A DNA stretch of 64,000 bases from an uncultured virus (IMG/VR IMGVR_UViG_3300021964_000044). Taxonomy: Duplodnaviria > Heunggongvirae > Uroviricota > Caudoviricetes. Of the stretch, positions 61,363-64,000 are shown piece by piece. The notes under the pieces are model-generated. The model made no database searches, was not told the origin of the DNA, and was given only the letters and a program-made list of their open reading frames with translations. Within the stretch, counting starts at the first letter, position 1; every line of letters starts with the position of its first letter. Location: IMG/VR virus record IMGVR_UViG_3300021964_000044. One strand, 5' to 3'. The position numbers and the translations under genes were made by a program.

Positions 61363-62886
61363 ATGGCAGGAACAAGTCTTCATAGCGTATATCGTCGATC
61401 TGCACGTGCAGCAGCACAACAAAGAATTGTCAAAAAGACAACTTCTGTAGATGTAGCACGCGCACGAACTGATTTTGCATATTTTTGTGATGTGGTTGGA
61501 GATAAACCTCCTGCTACGCACCATAAAGAATGGCATCAATACCTGTGCACAGGGGATGATTCAGAATGTCTTGTTGGTATCGGTGGACCCAATATTGATA
61601 TTCTTGCTCCACGAGGTAGTGCTAAATCAACTATTCTTGGTTTATACACGGCTTGGGCTGTTGGTGTTCACGCGGTACACAAGAAACCGCTGAAAGTTCT
61701 CTATATTTCATATACGGTTGACGTTGCTCGTCCGAAGAGCGCAGCGATTAAGCGCATTATTGAGGAGAGTAAAACGTATCGAGAGATCTTTCCAATGGTG
61801 AAGATTGCTAAGGGAATTAACTCTAACGAGTACTGGAGCATTGACTGGAAATTTGCAGGGATTAAATCGACTGGTGAAGAAGAATTCACTGTTTGTTGTG
61901 CTGGTCTCAAAGGTGCTGTGACCTCTAAACGTTCCCATCTCTGTATTATTGATGACGCCATCAAATCTGCGGACGACATTAAGAACAGGGATATCCGCCA
62001 GGCGATGGAGGACAACTGGAACTCAGTTATTGTTCCCACTATGTTTGAAGGTGGGCGTGCCATTTGCTTGGGAACCCGTTTCCGTCACGACGATATTCAC
62101 AACAGCACGTTCACTCCGGCCAACAGTTGGGTCCAGATCGTTCAGTCAGCGATCACAGTGGATGAGCATGGGGACGAGATTTCTTACTGGCCAGAAATGT
62201 GGTCTTTGGATTACTTGCGTGATCGGCGTCGTCAAGCCCCTGTCGCGTTTAGCTTCCAGTATCAGAACCAGATTGTTCAGACGAGTGAGTTGTCCCTATC
62301 ACCTGAGCTAATTGTCAAAGGAAATATTGCCACAGAATTCGACACCTTAGGGGTGGGAGTGGACCTTTCGGCTGGTGTTCGGGAAAAGAACGATTACACC
62401 GTTTTCGTGATGGGTGGTCGTATTGGCGGCAAGATTCATATTATCGATTGCAAGCGTCTCCGCATTATGGGCAATTTGGAAAAACTCGAGGCTCTGATGG
62501 AGATGATGGATGAATGGGGCGTTTGCTACAAAGATGGCGATAAGTATTTCCCTTCTGGTACAGGCATTGAGATTTGGTCAGAAGCCGTGGCGTATCAGGC
62601 GTCCTTGGAGGCAGACTTCAAACGTATTTGTCTTGGGGAGCACGGCCTCTATAACATGCATTGGCATCCCATCAAAGGATTTCGCGGGGACAAAGTTGCC
62701 CGGTTCAGGGGAATTATGGGTCTTTTTGAGCAGCATAAAATCACGTTTAATAAGTATCGAAAAATGAAAGAGCTTACAGATGAGATCGTGAACTTTGGTG
62801 TAAGCTCTCACGATGACTGTGTCGACGCTCTTGTCTGGCTCTGCAATGGTTTGATGACCCGAGGGAAACTAGAGTTAGAGTATTGA
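61363..62886 (+). CDS. terL: terminase large subunit
   Basis: APRGSAKST Walker A, CIIDD Walker B, GTRF..DD, GVDLS...NDYT nuclease, HDDCVDA. Confidence 0.93.
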   Translation: MAGTSLHSVYRRSARAAAQQRIVKKTTSVDVARARTDFAYFCDVVGDKPPATHHKEWHQYLCTGDDSECLVGIGGPNIDILAPRGSAKSTILGLYTAWAVGVHAVHKKPLKVLYISYTVDVARPKSAAIKRIIEESKTYREIFPMVKIAKGINSNEYWSIDWKFAGIKSTGEEEFTVCCAGLKGAVTSKRSHLCIIDDAIKSADDIKNRDIRQAMEDNWNSVIVPTMFEGGRAICLGTRFRHDDIHNSTFTPANSWVQIVQSAITVDEHGDEISYWPEMWSLDYLRDRRRQAPVAFSFQYQNQIVQTSELSLSPELIVKGNIATEFDTLGVGVDLSAGVREKNDYTVFVMGGRIGGKIHIIDCKRLRIMGNLEKLEALMEMMDEWGVCYKDGDKYFPSGTGIEIWSEAVAYQASLEADFKRICLGEHGLYNMHWHPIKGFRGDKVARFRGIMGLFEQHKITFNKYRKMKELTDEIVNFGVSSHDDCVDALVWLCNGLMTRGKLELEY

Positions 62887-62914
62887 CGATTTAAACTAAA
62901 GGTATCCACATACG

Positions 62915-63097
62915 ATGTCACCTAGTTATTTCGTGGTAGAGCTTGAGCAAGATGCTTACGGTTCTGCTATCCTCCCGCTCCCTGATGAGCTCTGTCATGA
63001 CATGGCTCTTCAACCTAATGAACGCTTCGATGTTGAAGTCGAAGAGGGCACGATCGTTTTCAAACGCCTGGAGGCTGGGTACGATATTGATCAGTAA
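62915..63097 (+). CDS. AbrB/MazE-like protein
   Basis: GSAILPLPDEL...M.L.....FDVEVE.G.IVF. Confidence 0.7.
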   Translation: MSPSYFVVELEQDAYGSAILPLPDELCHDMALQPNERFDVEVEEGTIVFKRLEAGYDIDQ

Positions 63098-63111
63098 ACT
63101 ACTTAATCAGA

Positions 63112-64000
63112 ATGGGCGATAGTGCGAAATCCCAAATTGAGGATATGCTCAAGGCGGTAGTCACCCGCAGTAGTGACGGTCCAGCGGACACGATGCTGAT
63201 TAACGCGCATCTGTCCCAGATGAAGATGTTCGGTATCCGCCAGGGTGTTGAGTTTTATCCCGCGCAAGACAACTTAGGGACACAGCGATACGACTTCATT
63301 CAACAAGTAATCCGTTTTAATAAGCTCGATGCACGCCTGGATTCCATTTGGGATCGATTTTTGGCATACGGCAAAGGGTTGTTTTATATCCGACCCACGC
63401 AGAAAACGTATCGTCTGTACTGGTTTGACAAAGATGCGTATCGGACTTATTACTCTCCAGAAGGTGACCTTGAAGAAGTCCTGATCATCTACCCGTATAA
63501 GGTAAAGTCCTCTAAGGGTTTCCAAGGCGTCGGCTTAAATACGGATAAGCGTTACATGCGTCTGCGCATTACCGCTAGTGAGATTGAGGAATACCATAGC
63601 GAAAAAGAGATTGGGTTCGATGACGTGTCAATGGACATGCCATTCACTCAAAAGAAAGTGGTTGCCAACAGTATGGAGTTCATTCCATGCGTGGAGGTGC
63701 TGAACAACCCTGACGCCTTTGGCACTGAAGGCAGTGGTGAGTTTGAGTGGGTTGCTAACCAGATCATTGCTCACGATGAGATGGTAAAGAACATTCGTGC
63801 CAACCTTTCGTTCTTTGGCAATCCAACCCTCCTGTCATCCCGTCCTAAACAGGACATCGTGGAGACAAACCAAGATGAGACCAGCCAGCGGCCAAGTATT
63901 TCGAGTCAATCTGGTTTCCAATCCGACTTCTTCCTGTCTAGCTCAACCTTTAAGCAGGACAACGTAACTCGTGCTCCTGCTGGGTATAACGGTCGCCCTG
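63112..64000 (+). CDS. probable portal protein, 5' part (runs off the window)
   Basis: Frame opening MGDSAKSQIEDML...; IPCVEV.N...G.GEF and FFGNP motifs further on; follows terL. Confidence 0.65.
   Translation, partial: MGDSAKSQIEDMLKAVVTRSSDGPADTMLINAHLSQMKMFGIRQGVEFYPAQDNLGTQRYDFIQQVIRFNKLDARLDSIWDRFLAYGKGLFYIRPTQKTYRLYWFDKDAYRTYYSPEGDLEEVLIIYPYKVKSSKGFQGVGLNTDKRYMRLRITASEIEEYHSEKEIGFDDVSMDMPFTQKKVVANSMEFIPCVEVLNNPDAFGTEGSGEFEWVANQIIAHDEMVKNIRANLSFFGNPTLLSSRPKQDIVETNQDETSQRPSISSQSGFQSDFFLSSSTFKQDNVTRAPAGYNGRP

Noticed and set aside
1..64000. CRISPR array, integrase or att site at the tRNAs, phage RNA polymerase, hli genes, introns
   Set aside because: No regularly spaced repeats, no recombinase or RNAP motifs, no duplicated tRNA 3' end, and psbA, polA and terL are uninterrupted; absence judged by eye

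Overview
About 64 kb of a lytic-looking dsDNA cyanophage genome, most likely infecting marine Synechococcus (Synechococcus-type psbA, cyanophage-type hypotheticals). No integrase, RNA polymerase or major capsid gene is recognisable in the window. From recall only, the gene set resembles the S-EIV1-related lineage. Layout: tail-fibre and chaperone cassettes (1-3.9 kb); an operon of secreted and membrane proteins next to lysis-like genes (3.9-7.7 kb); four tRNAs interrupted by a 2OG-Fe(II) oxygenase; a minus-strand replication block (PrimPol-PriCT-D5 primase/helicase, PD-(D/E)XK nuclease, Gp157, DUF5895-like protein, double-OB SSB, dCMP deaminase, T7-type PolA); auxiliary genes (psbA, two NblA-like genes, three 2OG oxygenases, thyX, a DUF4278-like microprotein); a GC-rich early region on the minus strand (about 48-55 kb); then Gly/Ala/Gln-rich internal virion proteins, terminase and the start of a probable portal gene. 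The most notable observations are: (i) an ACCTAGCA loop on stems of different sequence in early-gene leaders; (ii) two microproteins behind NtcA boxes at repressive positions, plus two NblA-like genes and a Norf4-like peptide, suggesting the phage links to host nitrogen control; (iii) a candidate ~90-nt pseudoknotted ncRNA; (iv) an FLxxY motif shared by dispersed low-complexity proteins; (v) three enzyme-like proteins with substituted catalytic residues; (vi) a candidate replication origin at 18.5-18.7 kb. All family assignments come from reading motifs by eye, not from database searches.
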